NCBI GenBank assembly: GCA_903832075.1
Contig: CAILAF010000511.1
Location: 1-38,570 of the forward strand
DNA from: an uncultured Chitinophagaceae bacterium
GTDB lineage: Bacteria; Bacteroidota; Bacteroidia; Chitinophagales; Chitinophagaceae
Length of the DNA stretch: 38,570 bases
Reading direction: 5' to 3'
Below, piece by piece: positions 19,205 through 28,812 of the stretch. Position numbers and translations under genes: made by a program. Below the pieces are notes generated by a model. It was given only the letters and a program-made list of their open reading frames with translations. It searched no databases and was not told where the DNA came from. How positions within the stretch are numbered: the stretch's first letter is position 1; every line of letters starts with the position of its first letter.

Positions 19205-19218
19205 TTTACTGATACCAA

Positions 19219-19284
19219 CTTTTGTTTTTCATGGAATCGTCCCTTGCGTCGCAATCACTTCAACAACAGAATAATAATCAGCAA
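19219..19284. repeat. Dispersed ~65-bp repeat, copy 2 (overlaps the methyltransferase start)
   Basis: cttttgtttttcatggaatcgtcccttgcgtcgcaatcacttcaac...tcagcaa aligns with 7360-7424. Confidence 0.8.
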
Positions 19285-20175
19285 TTAATTTATTATAATA
19301 ATTGTCCTGTTTGCAGTAGTATTAATCTTTCAAAAGCCTTATCAGCAAAGGATTTTACAGTAAGCCACCAATCATTTGAAATTTGGCAATGCAATGATTG
19401 TTCTTTGCGTTTCACGCAAAATATTCCTGATGCAAATAACATTGGTACTTATTATCAATCATCTGCTTATGTTTCTCATTCCGATACCAACGAAGGATTG
19501 ATCAATCGTTTATATCATATCGTTCGCAATTTTACTTTACAATCAAAAAAAAGATTGATAGAAAAAAACTGTAGTGTACAAAATAAAAATTTGTTAGACG
19601 TTGGTGCAGGTATTGGTGCATTTTCAAATGCAATGAAAAATGCCGGATGGAATGTTACTGCATTAGAGCCTGATGATGCAGCAAGAGAAAAAGCATTGCA
19701 AAAATTTTCTTTACAAATGCAATTGCCCGAAACAATATATCAATTAGAAAAAAATAAATTTAATGCGATAACGATGTGGCATGTATTGGAACATGTACAT
19801 GAATTGCATAAATATTTAGAAACATTTCATCGCATTTTAAACGATGATGGAAAATTATTTATTGCAGTTCCAAATTATACAAGTTATGATGCGCAATTGT
19901 ATAAAGAATTTTGGGCGGCGTATGATGTGCCCAGGCATTTATATCATTTCTCTCCAAAAAGTATGGAAACATTGGCAAGGCTAAAAGGCTTTACTGTAAA
20001 GGCTTTTAACCCAATGTGGTTTGATAGTTTTTATGTAAGTATGTTAAGTGAACAATATAAAAATGGTAACGCAAATAATGTTTCTGCTTTTATAAATGGA
20101 TTGATTTCTAATTTAAAAACAATTGGTAATCCTAAAAATTGCAGTTCGGTAATTTATGTGTTGGAGAAGAATTAA
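19231..20175 (+). CDS. Class I SAM-dependent methyltransferase with N-terminal Zn ribbon
   Basis: CPVC and CNDC pairs, LLDVGAGIG, ITMWHVLEH and YDVPRHLYHF. ATG 19231 preferred over TTG 19222. Confidence 0.9.
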   Translation: MESSLASQSLQQQNNNQQLIYYNNCPVCSSINLSKALSAKDFTVSHQSFEIWQCNDCSLRFTQNIPDANNIGTYYQSSAYVSHSDTNEGLINRLYHIVRNFTLQSKKRLIEKNCSVQNKNLLDVGAGIGAFSNAMKNAGWNVTALEPDDAAREKALQKFSLQMQLPETIYQLEKNKFNAITMWHVLEHVHELHKYLETFHRILNDDGKLFIAVPNYTSYDAQLYKEFWAAYDVPRHLYHFSPKSMETLARLKGFTVKAFNPMWFDSFYVSMLSEQYKNGNANNVSAFINGLISNLKTIGNPKNCSSVIYVLEKN

Positions 20176-20957
20176 TTAAACGTCACTTCAAATAATTTGC
20201 TCCAGTTTTTTCCGGTAACAAAAAATCTTTTTTGTGTGCTGTCGTATGCAATACCGTTAAGCACATCTGCTCTGTCATTCTGCGTTTCACCTGTTGCATT
20301 CCAAATTTTAGAAAGATCTGCTTTAGCAACAACAGCACCCGTTGCAGGATTTATTTTAACAATAATATCTCTTTGCCAAACATTCGAATAAATAAATCCC
20401 TCTACATATTCCAATTCATTAATTTCTGATAATGGTCCATTATTATCTGTTACACTAACTTTTTTAATGATCTCAAAAGTATTGGGGTCTCTGAAAATTA
20501 ATTTATCGGTGCTGTCATCCATTATCAAACTCTTGCCATCATTGGTCATTCCCCAACCTTGTCCATTATAATCAAATTCTTTTAGCTTATTAAATGTTTT
20601 AACATCATACACAAAACATTTTCCTTCTTTATAAGTTAATTGATAAATTTTTCCATTTAAAATGGTAATGCCTTCACCAAAATATTCTTTTGCTAAGTTT
20701 ATTTTTTGTACATCTTTTCCAGTCTTTAAATCAACTTTTACCAATGTGCTTTTTTCATATTCACCGCCACTTTCGTATAAACTATTATCAAACCATTCTA
20801 ATCCTTCAGTGAAAGAAGTAGAATCATGCGGATAAATATTTGTAACAGTATAATTCATTGTTGCAGGAACTATAACATTAGCATTGTTACTGTCTGAATC
20901 ATTATTTTGGCAAGCAGCTAATAATAAAACTGAAAGAGAAAAAATTTTATAATTCAT
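20172..20957 (-). CDS. Glutaminyl-peptide cyclotransferase (beta-propeller type), lipoprotein
   Basis: Lipobox LAAC, YPHD..FTEGL, FGEGIT, GWGMT, NELE, VLNGIA and TGKNW motifs. Confidence 0.93.
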   Translation of the reverse strand: MNYKIFSLSVLLLAACQNNDSDSNNANVIVPATMNYTVTNIYPHDSTSFTEGLEWFDNSLYESGGEYEKSTLVKVDLKTGKDVQKINLAKEYFGEGITILNGKIYQLTYKEGKCFVYDVKTFNKLKEFDYNGQGWGMTNDGKSLIMDDSTDKLIFRDPNTFEIIKKVSVTDNNGPLSEINELEYVEGFIYSNVWQRDIIVKINPATGAVVAKADLSKIWNATGETQNDRADVLNGIAYDSTQKRFFVTGKNWSKLFEVTFN

Positions 20958-21011
20958 GTGAAAGATATTATTTCAAAAATAATTAACGGATGAAAAGAGT
21001 TTCGTTAAAAA

Positions 21012-22109
21012 TTATACGTTAAATCTAAAATGCATTACATCTCCATCTTTAACTAGATATTCTTTTCCTTCAATTCTTAAGCGACCGTTTTCTCTACAAA
21101 CCGCTTCGCTTCCAAACTTAATAAAATCTTCGTAAGAAATTACTTCTGCTTTAATGAAACCTTTCTCAAAGTCAGTATGGATAACGCTTGCAGCCTGTGG
21201 TGCTTTCCATCCATTATGAATTGTCCATGCTCTAACTTCTTGCACACCGGCAGTAAAATAAGTTTCTAAGTTTAATAATTTATACGCAGTTCGTATTAAT
21301 CTGTTCAATGCAGGTTCTTTCATTCCATATTCTTCCATAAATAATTCCCTGTCTTCAGCTGATTCCATTTCAGCAATCTGCGCTTCAATATTATTACACA
21401 TTACAATTACTTCTGCATTTTCATCTTTAACAGCTTCTATTAATGCGGCAGAAAATTTATTACCGGTATGCATGCTGGCTTCATCAACATTGGCAACATA
21501 CAAAACTGATTTATCAGTTAATAAACATAAATCTGCAATAGCAACTTTTTCCTCTTTGGTTAAATCTAATGAACGAATATTTTTTCCTTTGTCTAAATGA
21601 GCTTTACATCTTTGCAGAATTTCAAATTCTACTTTCATCTTAGGATCAGTCTTTGATAATTTTTCTGCTTTGCTTGCTTTTCTTTCAACACTATCCAAAT
21701 CTTTTAACTGTAATTCTGTATCAATGATCTCTTTATCACTCACAGGATTAATTGCACCTTCATCTCGTAAAATATTTTCATCTTCAAAGCAACGAATTAC
21801 ATGAATGATTGCATCCACTTCACGAATATTTCCTAAAAATTTATTTCCCAATCCCTCGCCTTTACTTGCACCGCGAACTAATCCGGCTATGTCAACAATT
21901 TCTAATTGTGTTGGAACAATGCGATTAGGTTTTACCAATTCTGATAATTTATTCAAACGTTCATCCGGAACATCTACCAATCCTACATTTGGCTCGATAG
22001 TGCAAAACCGATAATTGCTTGCTTGAGCTTTGGCACTATTGCTAACTGCATTAAATAAAGTTGATTTGCCAACATTGGGTAATCCTACAATTCCTGCTTG
22101 TAAAGCCAT
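21012..22109 (-). CDS. ychF: Redox-regulated ATPase YchF
   Basis: GIVGLPNVGKSTLFN, DIAGLV, GLGNKFL and DGDVMHFRFNV motifs. Confidence 0.98.
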   Translation of the reverse strand: MALQAGIVGLPNVGKSTLFNAVSNSAKAQASNYRFCTIEPNVGLVDVPDERLNKLSELVKPNRIVPTQLEIVDIAGLVRGASKGEGLGNKFLGNIREVDAIIHVIRCFEDENILRDEGAINPVSDKEIIDTELQLKDLDSVERKASKAEKLSKTDPKMKVEFEILQRCKAHLDKGKNIRSLDLTKEEKVAIADLCLLTDKSVLYVANVDEASMHTGNKFSAALIEAVKDENAEVIVMCNNIEAQIAEMESAEDRELFMEEYGMKEPALNRLIRTAYKLLNLETYFTAGVQEVRAWTIHNGWKAPQAASVIHTDFEKGFIKAEVISYEDFIKFGSEAVCRENGRLRIEGKEYLVKDGDVMHFRFNV

Positions 22110-22140
22110 AAACTATTTTATAATTTTTATTTGAAGTCGG

Positions 22141-22148
22141 CAAAGATA
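22141..22148 (-). promoter_or_regulatory. Bacteroidota sigma-A -7 element for ychF
   Basis: TATCTTTG on the minus strand, 31 nt upstream of the ATG. Confidence 0.6.
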
Positions 22149-22205
22149 AGTGTTACAAATAACTCATCATTGATAATTAGCAATCATTGCTTTTTATACT
22201 AATGC

Positions 22206-22892
22206 TTATAGCTTAAGATGATTTCTTAATTCTTGTACACCATAAATGGCACCCGATTCAATCGTTATTAAATTTTTTAGGGATGATGTATAAGGGATTT
22301 TTTTATCAATGATGAATTTTTTCGATGTTGGTTTTGCATAATTAATCAATCCTGCAGCGGGATAAACTTGCAATGAAGTTCCAATAATTATAAAAATATC
22401 TGCAGTTGCCACAATTTTAATTGCTTTTTCAATCATTGGAACAGGTTCTTCAAACCAAACAATATGAGGACGTAATTGTCCGCCATCTTTGGCTGTATCA
22501 CCAACATGAATGTCTCCGTAAATTTCGTACAAAGTATTTTCATCTAACACACTTCTCATCTTAAAAATTTCTCCGTGCAGGTGCAATACATTTTTACTTC
22601 CGGCACGTTCATGCAGGTCATCAATATTTTGTGTAATGATATCTACCTCAAAATTGTTTTGTAGTTCAGCTAAACCAATATGTGCAGCGTTGGGTTTTGC
22701 TTCGGCAACATCTTTTCTACGCAAATTATAAAAGTCAAGTACTAATTGTGGGTTCGCCGCAAAGCCTCGTGGTGTGGCAACTTCATAAACATTATATCCT
22801 TCCCATAAACCGTTAGTATCACGAAATGTTTTTAGCCCGCTTTCAGCGCTAATACCTGCGCCTGTTAATACCACTAACTTTTGTTTGTTCAT
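22206..22892 (-). CDS. cobB: NAD-dependent protein deacylase (sirtuin)
   Basis: GAGISAESGLKTFR, TQNIDDLHERAG, LRPHIVWF and GTSLQVYPAA motifs. Confidence 0.92.
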   Translation of the reverse strand: MNKQKLVVLTGAGISAESGLKTFRDTNGLWEGYNVYEVATPRGFAANPQLVLDFYNLRRKDVAEAKPNAAHIGLAELQNNFEVDIITQNIDDLHERAGSKNVLHLHGEIFKMRSVLDENTLYEIYGDIHVGDTAKDGGQLRPHIVWFEEPVPMIEKAIKIVATADIFIIIGTSLQVYPAAGLINYAKPTSKKFIIDKKIPYTSSLKNLITIESGAIYGVQELRNHLKL

Positions 22893-22944
22893 TAAATAAA
22901 GTTAATACTGATTTCAAAAGGAAACAATCTCAAAAAATTGTAGC

Positions 22945-23047
22945 ACAAAAAAACAGTGACTGAGTAGCCACTGTTTGTAGAAGTAATATTTTACTCCCCC
23001 AAGTAAAATATTATTAACAAGACCAAGAACACTTCTTGTACATTTTC
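22945..23047 (-). ncRNA. Candidate ~100-nt small RNA (or micropeptide mRNA) divergent from the sensor kinase
   Basis: -7-like TATCTTTA (23052-23059), a perfect 12-bp hairpin with a UGGGGG loop (22984-23013) and an intrinsic terminator (22947-22976). Ends are estimated. Confidence 0.5.
22947..22976 (-). terminator. Intrinsic terminator upstream of cobB
   Basis: Minus strand reads aaacagtggc-tactca-gtcactgttt-tttt. The G-U pair and the U-tract work only on the minus strand. Confidence 0.75.
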
Positions 23048-23087
23048 TTCTTAAAGATAATAGGCGTTTATCTACATAAAGTCATCT

Positions 23088-23119
23088 GGTTTGTGAAATG
23101 TATTGTTGGGTTGATGAAA
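23088..23119. promoter_or_regulatory. Putative LytTR-binding direct repeats
   Basis: GGTTTGTGAAA (23088-23098) and GGTTGATGAAA (23109-23119) at a 21-bp period, next to a LytS/LytTR pair. Confidence 0.6.
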
Positions 23120-23177
23120 CTTGGTTTTGGCTTTATAAGAATGTGTTCGCAAAGCTATTTTTGTATTACTTTCAATT

Positions 23178-26168
23178 ATGCGAAAAGCAGTGATATATTT
23201 TTTTATTATCATTTCAACCATTACTAGCATTGCTGCTCAGGAAAATAATTTGCAAGCAGTAACTGGTTTGCCATCACGTGAATTGTTTAACCTTTTTATG
23301 GACAGCAAAGGATTTCTATGGATTGGGCATTCATTGGGTATTAGTAAATACGATGGGTTTTCGTTTAAAAATTATTTTCATAAAGACCAAATTTCTCCTG
23401 GGGTTACGGATATTCTGGAAGACAAGCAAGGACGCATTTGGTGTCATAATTTTAGCGGTCAAATTTTTTATATTCAGAACGATAAAATACAACTGTTAGA
23501 TGCATATAAGTTTGCTGAAGAAACATCATTTCCTAGAATAATAATCTTAAATGATGAATTATTGGTTACAAGTGATAAAGGATTATTTATTTGTAATACT
23601 AAAAATCTCGAATGCAAATACATACAGACTGAAGATAAAACGGGGTCGAATACAATTTGCTTGATAAATAATCGAGTTATCCTTTATAACTTAAAAGATT
23701 GGATGGAATATGAACAGGGAAAGGGGTTGAAGCATTTGAACTTTAAAAATACATTTCAAGCAGGTTTTATACCCAAAACGTCAATCCAATTACAACCATT
23801 AATAAGTAAAGATACCGGTTATGCTAAAGGATATATGCAAGCATTGCAATATCTTGTAAAATTTAATATTCGGAGCGATACAGTTGTTTTGTGCGCTGCT
23901 AAACATTACCCAAGTATTATTAATAATATTACCCAATACAAGAATGAAATATGGTGCAATTGTTTAAAGCAGAGTGAAAACATTTTTAGTAATGATTCTA
24001 TAACAGGGATGAATCTTACCAGTGTTGTTATTGATAAAGAAGGGAATCGATGGTACAGTAGTTTAACAAATGGATTATTTGTTAAACCAAAAGTGCAACC
24101 TTATACCATATTGCCAATCAAATCAGAAAGTATTGATGATAAAGTAATGTCTGTTTGTGATGGTGATAAAATTCATATTGTTGGAACAGAAAAAGGTAGA
24201 CTAATATATAACGATTTAAATGGAAAGATTTCTTCTGTTCAACTTCCAACTGAAGCCGGTGAAGTTGAAAATATTTTCCATCTTGGAAAAGATAAATTTT
24301 TTATAGCACCCACACATGGAGCCTACATTTTTTCAGCAAAAGAAAAAAAATATAATCTAATATCTACACAATCAACAACAAAGTGTATTGCCTTATGCGA
24401 TAGTTCTATATTCATTGGCTACCCAGAATTTTTAGCTAAGATAGTATTGCCAATGAGTTTAATAAAGTCAATTAGATATGATGTTAATTATAAATTAACT
24501 GATTATGATATAGACCTTATTTCATCACAGATAAAAAATGAAACAAAAGTTATAAATAAAAGATGTTACGAGTTAGAATCTGATTCTATTACACATACTT
24601 GTTATGCACTTTGTAAGGATGCACTTTATTCAATTAATTTTTCAGCGTCAAGTACAAAGTATTTGCTATACAATAGTAGTGCAATTCATTCTTCTTGTAT
24701 TGCAATTCATAAGGGCATTCTTTATATAGGCACCTATAATAATGGTCTTTTATTATTTCATAACGGAGCAATGCAAAAGGTAGCATTGAACGATGATGTA
24801 GAGGAAGATATGATATTAGATATGAAGACATCAGATAATAAATTATTGATCGTTGGAGCTAATAAATTAGAAGTGTTTGATCTCAGTGCCAGATTTCTGA
24901 AATACTCTTTCTTAATTCCTTTGAATAGAGGCAGAAGTCCGGCTATTACCGATTTCAACGATTCTGTTATTAGATTGTATGATAAGTATGAAGTATTTAA
25001 TATCAATTATACGAATAACAATTATTTAGAAACACCTAATATTAGTTTGCAGTCTGTTCAAATTAATAACTCAAATGAATTAGATAATTTCCCCAATCTA
25101 AACTATAATGAGAATGATATAACGCTAACTGTTTCTTCTCCTTCATTATTAAATGCCCGTCAAACATATTTTAAATATAGATTACTGGGTAGTTATAATT
25201 TAGCGTGGTATCAAACTAAGCCTGGTAATAATACTATTTCTTTTAAATCATTAAAGCCAGGGCAATATACAGTAGAAGTAAAAGCATTAAATTTTTCCAG
25301 CTTTTCAACTTCAGCAACTCTAAAAATTAATTTTATAATTAAGGATCCATGGTGGCACACATACTGGTTTTATTGTTGTCTAATTATATTTTTATTAACT
25401 GCCGGATATTTCATTTTCAAATTTTATGTTAGCGAACTAAATAAAAGCAATCAAAGGAAAGTTGAAAAATTTTCAATGCAAAGTGAGTTAAGAAACAGTA
25501 TGCTTACCGCTATAAAAGCGCAAATGAATCCTCATTTTATTTTCAATGCTTTAAATACTTTGCAAAACTATATTTATAATAATGACCGCAAATCTGCAAG
25601 CAAATATCTTGGAAAGTTTAGTGATATGATTCGAGAAGTGTTAGATAGTAGTAATGAAGAGCTTATCACACTTCAAAAAACAATTGAAGTATTACAATTG
25701 TATGTTGATATTGAAAAAGACAGATTTCATAACCAGATTAAAATAAATATAAACATAGATACTGCATTGGCCTTGGAAGAATTGTTTATTCCGCCAATGT
25801 TGTTACAACCTTTTGTAGAAAATGCAATTAAGCATGGATTAATGCATAAAACAGGCAATAAAGAATTGAATATTTATTTTAATAAAAATGCGGAACTTTT
25901 TTTTGAAATTATTATTGATGATAATGGTGTTGGAAGGGAGCGAAGCGAGCAAATAAATTTGCAAAGAAAAAATCATATTTCATTTGCGAATACTGCAAAC
26001 TCAAGAAGAATAGACATTATTAACCAAATGTTGGGCGAGAATAAAATTGAGTTAAAAATATTGGATAATAAAGATAACAATGGCAATGCAACAGGTACTA
26101 CAGTAATACTTTTAATACCAACCGATTTAAAGAAACAGATTGGAAAAAAACAACCTCAAAAAGTGTAA
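23178..26168 (+). CDS. LytS-type sensor histidine kinase with periplasmic beta-propeller and Y_Y_Y domain
   Basis: Signal peptide, DSKGFLWIG/DKQGRIW/DKEGNRW propeller repeats, FKYRL..LKPGQYTVEV, a TM helix, KAQMNPHFIFNALN, PPMLLQPFVENAIKHG and DDNGVG. Confidence 0.93.
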   Translation: MRKAVIYFFIIISTITSIAAQENNLQAVTGLPSRELFNLFMDSKGFLWIGHSLGISKYDGFSFKNYFHKDQISPGVTDILEDKQGRIWCHNFSGQIFYIQNDKIQLLDAYKFAEETSFPRIIILNDELLVTSDKGLFICNTKNLECKYIQTEDKTGSNTICLINNRVILYNLKDWMEYEQGKGLKHLNFKNTFQAGFIPKTSIQLQPLISKDTGYAKGYMQALQYLVKFNIRSDTVVLCAAKHYPSIINNITQYKNEIWCNCLKQSENIFSNDSITGMNLTSVVIDKEGNRWYSSLTNGLFVKPKVQPYTILPIKSESIDDKVMSVCDGDKIHIVGTEKGRLIYNDLNGKISSVQLPTEAGEVENIFHLGKDKFFIAPTHGAYIFSAKEKKYNLISTQSTTKCIALCDSSIFIGYPEFLAKIVLPMSLIKSIRYDVNYKLTDYDIDLISSQIKNETKVINKRCYELESDSITHTCYALCKDALYSINFSASSTKYLLYNSSAIHSSCIAIHKGILYIGTYNNGLLLFHNGAMQKVALNDDVEEDMILDMKTSDNKLLIVGANKLEVFDLSARFLKYSFLIPLNRGRSPAITDFNDSVIRLYDKYEVFNINYTNNNYLETPNISLQSVQINNSNELDNFPNLNYNENDITLTVSSPSLLNARQTYFKYRLLGSYNLAWYQTKPGNNTISFKSLKPGQYTVEVKALNFSSFSTSATLKINFIIKDPWWHTYWFYCCLIIFLLTAGYFIFKFYVSELNKSNQRKVEKFSMQSELRNSMLTAIKAQMNPHFIFNALNTLQNYIYNNDRKSASKYLGKFSDMIREVLDSSNEELITLQKTIEVLQLYVDIEKDRFHNQIKININIDTALALEELFIPPMLLQPFVENAIKHGLMHKTGNKELNIYFNKNAELFFEIIIDDNGVGRERSEQINLQRKNHISFANTANSRRIDIINQMLGENKIELKILDNKDNNGNATGTTVILLIPTDLKKQIGKKQPQKV

Positions 26169-26169
26169 A

Positions 26170-26925
26170 ATGATAAATGCTATAATAATTGAAGATGAAA
26201 TAAATGCATCGAACCTGCTTTGTAAAATGCTGCAAGACATTGATAATGGTATTGTAATAAAATCACAGTGTGGAGATATTCCTTCCGGGGTGTTAAGTAT
26301 CAGAAAACATAAGCCTGATGTGGTTTTTCTTGATATCGAATTGCCTGTTTACAGCGGCATTCAGTTGCTTGATTTTTTTGCAGAAGATGAAATTAATTTT
26401 AGTATAGTTTTTACAACTGCTTATAACCAATATGCTATAAAAGCATTTGAAATGAGCGCTGTTGATTATTTATTAAAACCTATTCAGCATGATAAGTTGC
26501 AGTTGGCCATTCATAAATTGAGAAACAAAATTTCAGCTAAAATTCATGAACCCGGATTATCAGTTTTAAAACAAAATTTATCTAACGCCGAAAAGAAAAA
26601 AATTGTCTTACCGGTCTCTGATGGAGTTCTTATTTTAAATGTTGATGAAATTTTGTACATCAGAGCTGAAGGAAGTTATTCTAAAATTTTTATGAAAAAT
26701 AAAGAAGCACTTCTTTTCAGCAAAAACCTTAAACATTTCGAATATCTTCTTTCAGATAATAAACATTTTATTCGTGTGCACAGAAGTTTTATAGCGAACC
26801 TTAATTTTTCCGAGAAGCTTTCCCGAAGTGACGGTGGAACTTTAGTAATGATTAATAATATCGAAATCCCGGTTTCTACTGAGATGTTTGATGATATTGT
26901 TGAAGCACTCAAAGTACTTCGGTAA
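26170..26925 (+). CDS. LytTR family response regulator
   Basis: Receiver domain (IIEDE, FLDIE, FTTAY, DYLLKP) plus LytTR domain (AEGSYS, FIRVHRSFIANL). ATG 26170 follows the kinase stop. Confidence 0.95.
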   Translation: MINAIIIEDEINASNLLCKMLQDIDNGIVIKSQCGDIPSGVLSIRKHKPDVVFLDIELPVYSGIQLLDFFAEDEINFSIVFTTAYNQYAIKAFEMSAVDYLLKPIQHDKLQLAIHKLRNKISAKIHEPGLSVLKQNLSNAEKKKIVLPVSDGVLILNVDEILYIRAEGSYSKIFMKNKEALLFSKNLKHFEYLLSDNKHFIRVHRSFIANLNFSEKLSRSDGGTLVMINNIEIPVSTEMFDDIVEALKVLR

Positions 26926-26929
26926 ATAT

Positions 26930-27361
26930 TTATTTACCTAAATCTATTGTATTTACTTCTATATCCCAATGCGCAATCAGCAATTCAAATCTATGTTGCT
27001 CATCTTTTGTTAATTTATCAAGATCAGGATATAATGCCTTTTTAAAAGGTGTTGTAAGATTTTCATCAAAAGCTAATGCTGCATTTTTAAAAACAAGTGT
27101 TACACGAAAATCCCAACGAGAATCTTCGCTGCTATGTAATTTTGGTTTTGATGCAGTAACACTAATGATATCTCCTTTCTCAATTGCTTTCTTTAATAAT
27201 GGATAATGATTCACTGTCCATAAATGAATGAACTCATCGGCATAACCCCATTTTACTTTATAATAGTTTTCAACAGTAAAATATTCAGCGGTTTTGTTTG
27301 ATTGTGCATGAAGATTGTTTGCAGCAATAAAAATTAAAATGACTAAGAAGATTTTTTTCAT
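26930..27361 (-). CDS. Exported hypothetical protein
   Basis: MKKIFLVILIFIAANNLHA|Q signal peptide from ATG 27361, 10 nt downstream of the DUF1684 stop. Confidence 0.75.
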   Translation of the reverse strand: MKKIFLVILIFIAANNLHAQSNKTAEYFTVENYYKVKWGYADEFIHLWTVNHYPLLKKAIEKGDIISVTASKPKLHSSEDSRWDFRVTLVFKNAALAFDENLTTPFKKALYPDLDKLTKDEQHRFELLIAHWDIEVNTIDLGK

Positions 27362-27371
27362 GATGATGTTT

Positions 27372-28256
27372 TTAATTGTGGTTATAATTTTTTTCTCCGG
27401 CAGTAATTGCAATTGATAAAATATTTTGCTTAGGTGGTAATGGGCAAGTAGCAAATTTTGTAAATGCACATGGTGGATTAAATGCTTTATTGAAATCTAA
27501 AATGGTGTACCCATCTGCATTTGATTTGGATGCATATAAAAATCTTCCTGAAGGATAAGTCTCTTTATTGCTTGTTGCATCCCCAAAAATAATAAAGAGC
27601 TGATCTTCTTCTTCTAATGCATCTAATGAATATTGTTTGCCTTGCAATGTGAATACTAATTTACCCGGCGTTAATTGCGGACTTGTTTGTCCAATGATAT
27701 TTGTAATAAGAATATTGGCAGGGTTTTCTGTTTTCTGTAAATGGGCTCTTACTTTAAAGTTACTGTCAACAGCGAAACGTTCAATGCCTTTAAACTCAGT
27801 TACAGCAGGACTTTTAATATCTCTCAGTCTTACACCAATTTTATCTTCTCGCTTAATGATTGTCCATCTTAAAGAACCATAAGCTGCAATAGGAGTATGA
27901 ATTGAATCAACTGAAAAAACAATGACTTTATTTAAGTTTTGATTACTTATTTTTATATCTACTGATTGATTCACAAACATTGTTACAGTTGTTCCATTCA
28001 ATTCAAAGTAACCGGCATTTGCAGGGATAGATTTTTTTGGAAACTTAATTTGTACATCATCACCTGAACCAAAATTATTTTTTCCTTGTTGCAGCCAATA
28101 CAATCCAACTAAGTTCAACCATCCGTTTTCTGATTTTAAATAATCAATTCTTTTTTGCTTCCATATCTCAATTTCTTTTTCATAAGATGATTGAGCAAAT
28201 AAGACAGATGATGAAACAATTATTAGAACAATAAAGGAAAATATTTTTTTATTCAT
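27372..28256 (-). CDS. DUF1684 domain protein, exported
   Basis: GWLNLVGLYWL, FGDATSNKETYPSGRFL and LDFNKAFNPPCAFTKFATCPLPP motifs. Confidence 0.9.
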   Translation of the reverse strand: MNKKIFSFIVLIIVSSSVLFAQSSYEKEIEIWKQKRIDYLKSENGWLNLVGLYWLQQGKNNFGSGDDVQIKFPKKSIPANAGYFELNGTTVTMFVNQSVDIKISNQNLNKVIVFSVDSIHTPIAAYGSLRWTIIKREDKIGVRLRDIKSPAVTEFKGIERFAVDSNFKVRAHLQKTENPANILITNIIGQTSPQLTPGKLVFTLQGKQYSLDALEEEDQLFIIFGDATSNKETYPSGRFLYASKSNADGYTILDFNKAFNPPCAFTKFATCPLPPKQNILSIAITAGEKNYNHN

Positions 28257-28342
28257 CTTTTAATTTGATGATGAAGATAATTGATCTGAAGAAGATGTGA
28301 GAGGTGGTTATTACTTTCTTCTTATTTCGAAAATAGGTGTTA

Positions 28343-28756
28343 TCAAATTTTAGTTTCACTCAATTCCATAATCACTTCCCATTCTTTTTCTTTTACTGTT
28401 TGGACAGATAATCTGCCTAATCTAACCAAATCCATATTCGCCAAACGCTTGTCTGTCTTCACTTGTACAAGGCTAACCGGTTTCTTTAATTTTTTAAATG
28501 GTTTTAGATCAACCACCACCCAAGCTTCTTCATCAGTTGTTGGATCTTGATAAAATTCTTTCACCACTTTTGCAATACCAACAATTTCCATTCCTTCATT
28601 GCTATGATACCACAATACCAGATCACCTTTCTTCATGGCGCGTAAATTATTACGCGCAGCATAATTACGAACACCATCCCAGAAGGTTTGTCCGTCTTTT
28701 TCAAATTGTTCCCAACTATATTTAACGGGTTCTGATTTTACTAACCAATAAAACAT
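28343..28756 (-). CDS. EVE domain protein
   Basis: YWLVKSEP, WDGVRNYAARN, YHS and RLSVQ motifs. Confidence 0.95.
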   Translation of the reverse strand: MFYWLVKSEPVKYSWEQFEKDGQTFWDGVRNYAARNNLRAMKKGDLVLWYHSNEGMEIVGIAKVVKEFYQDPTTDEEAWVVVDLKPFKKLKKPVSLVQVKTDKRLANMDLVRLGRLSVQTVKEKEWEVIMELSETKI

Positions 28757-28812
28757 TATGTTGAATTTTTAAATGTTAGATGTTGAATGAATATTTTTGT
28801 CATTTAAAATAA

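Noticed and set aside
22206..22892. Sirtuin as a SIR2-type anti-phage NADase
   Set aside because: Short canonical CobB-type deacylase in a housekeeping context, with no defence partner.
23036..23227. 63-aa plus-strand ORF upstream of the sensor kinase
   Set aside because: Non-ATG start, runs across the promoter repeats and overlaps the kinase start out of frame.
28343..28756. EVE domain as part of a modification-dependent restriction system
   Set aside because: Stand-alone EVE among housekeeping genes, with no fused or adjacent nuclease.
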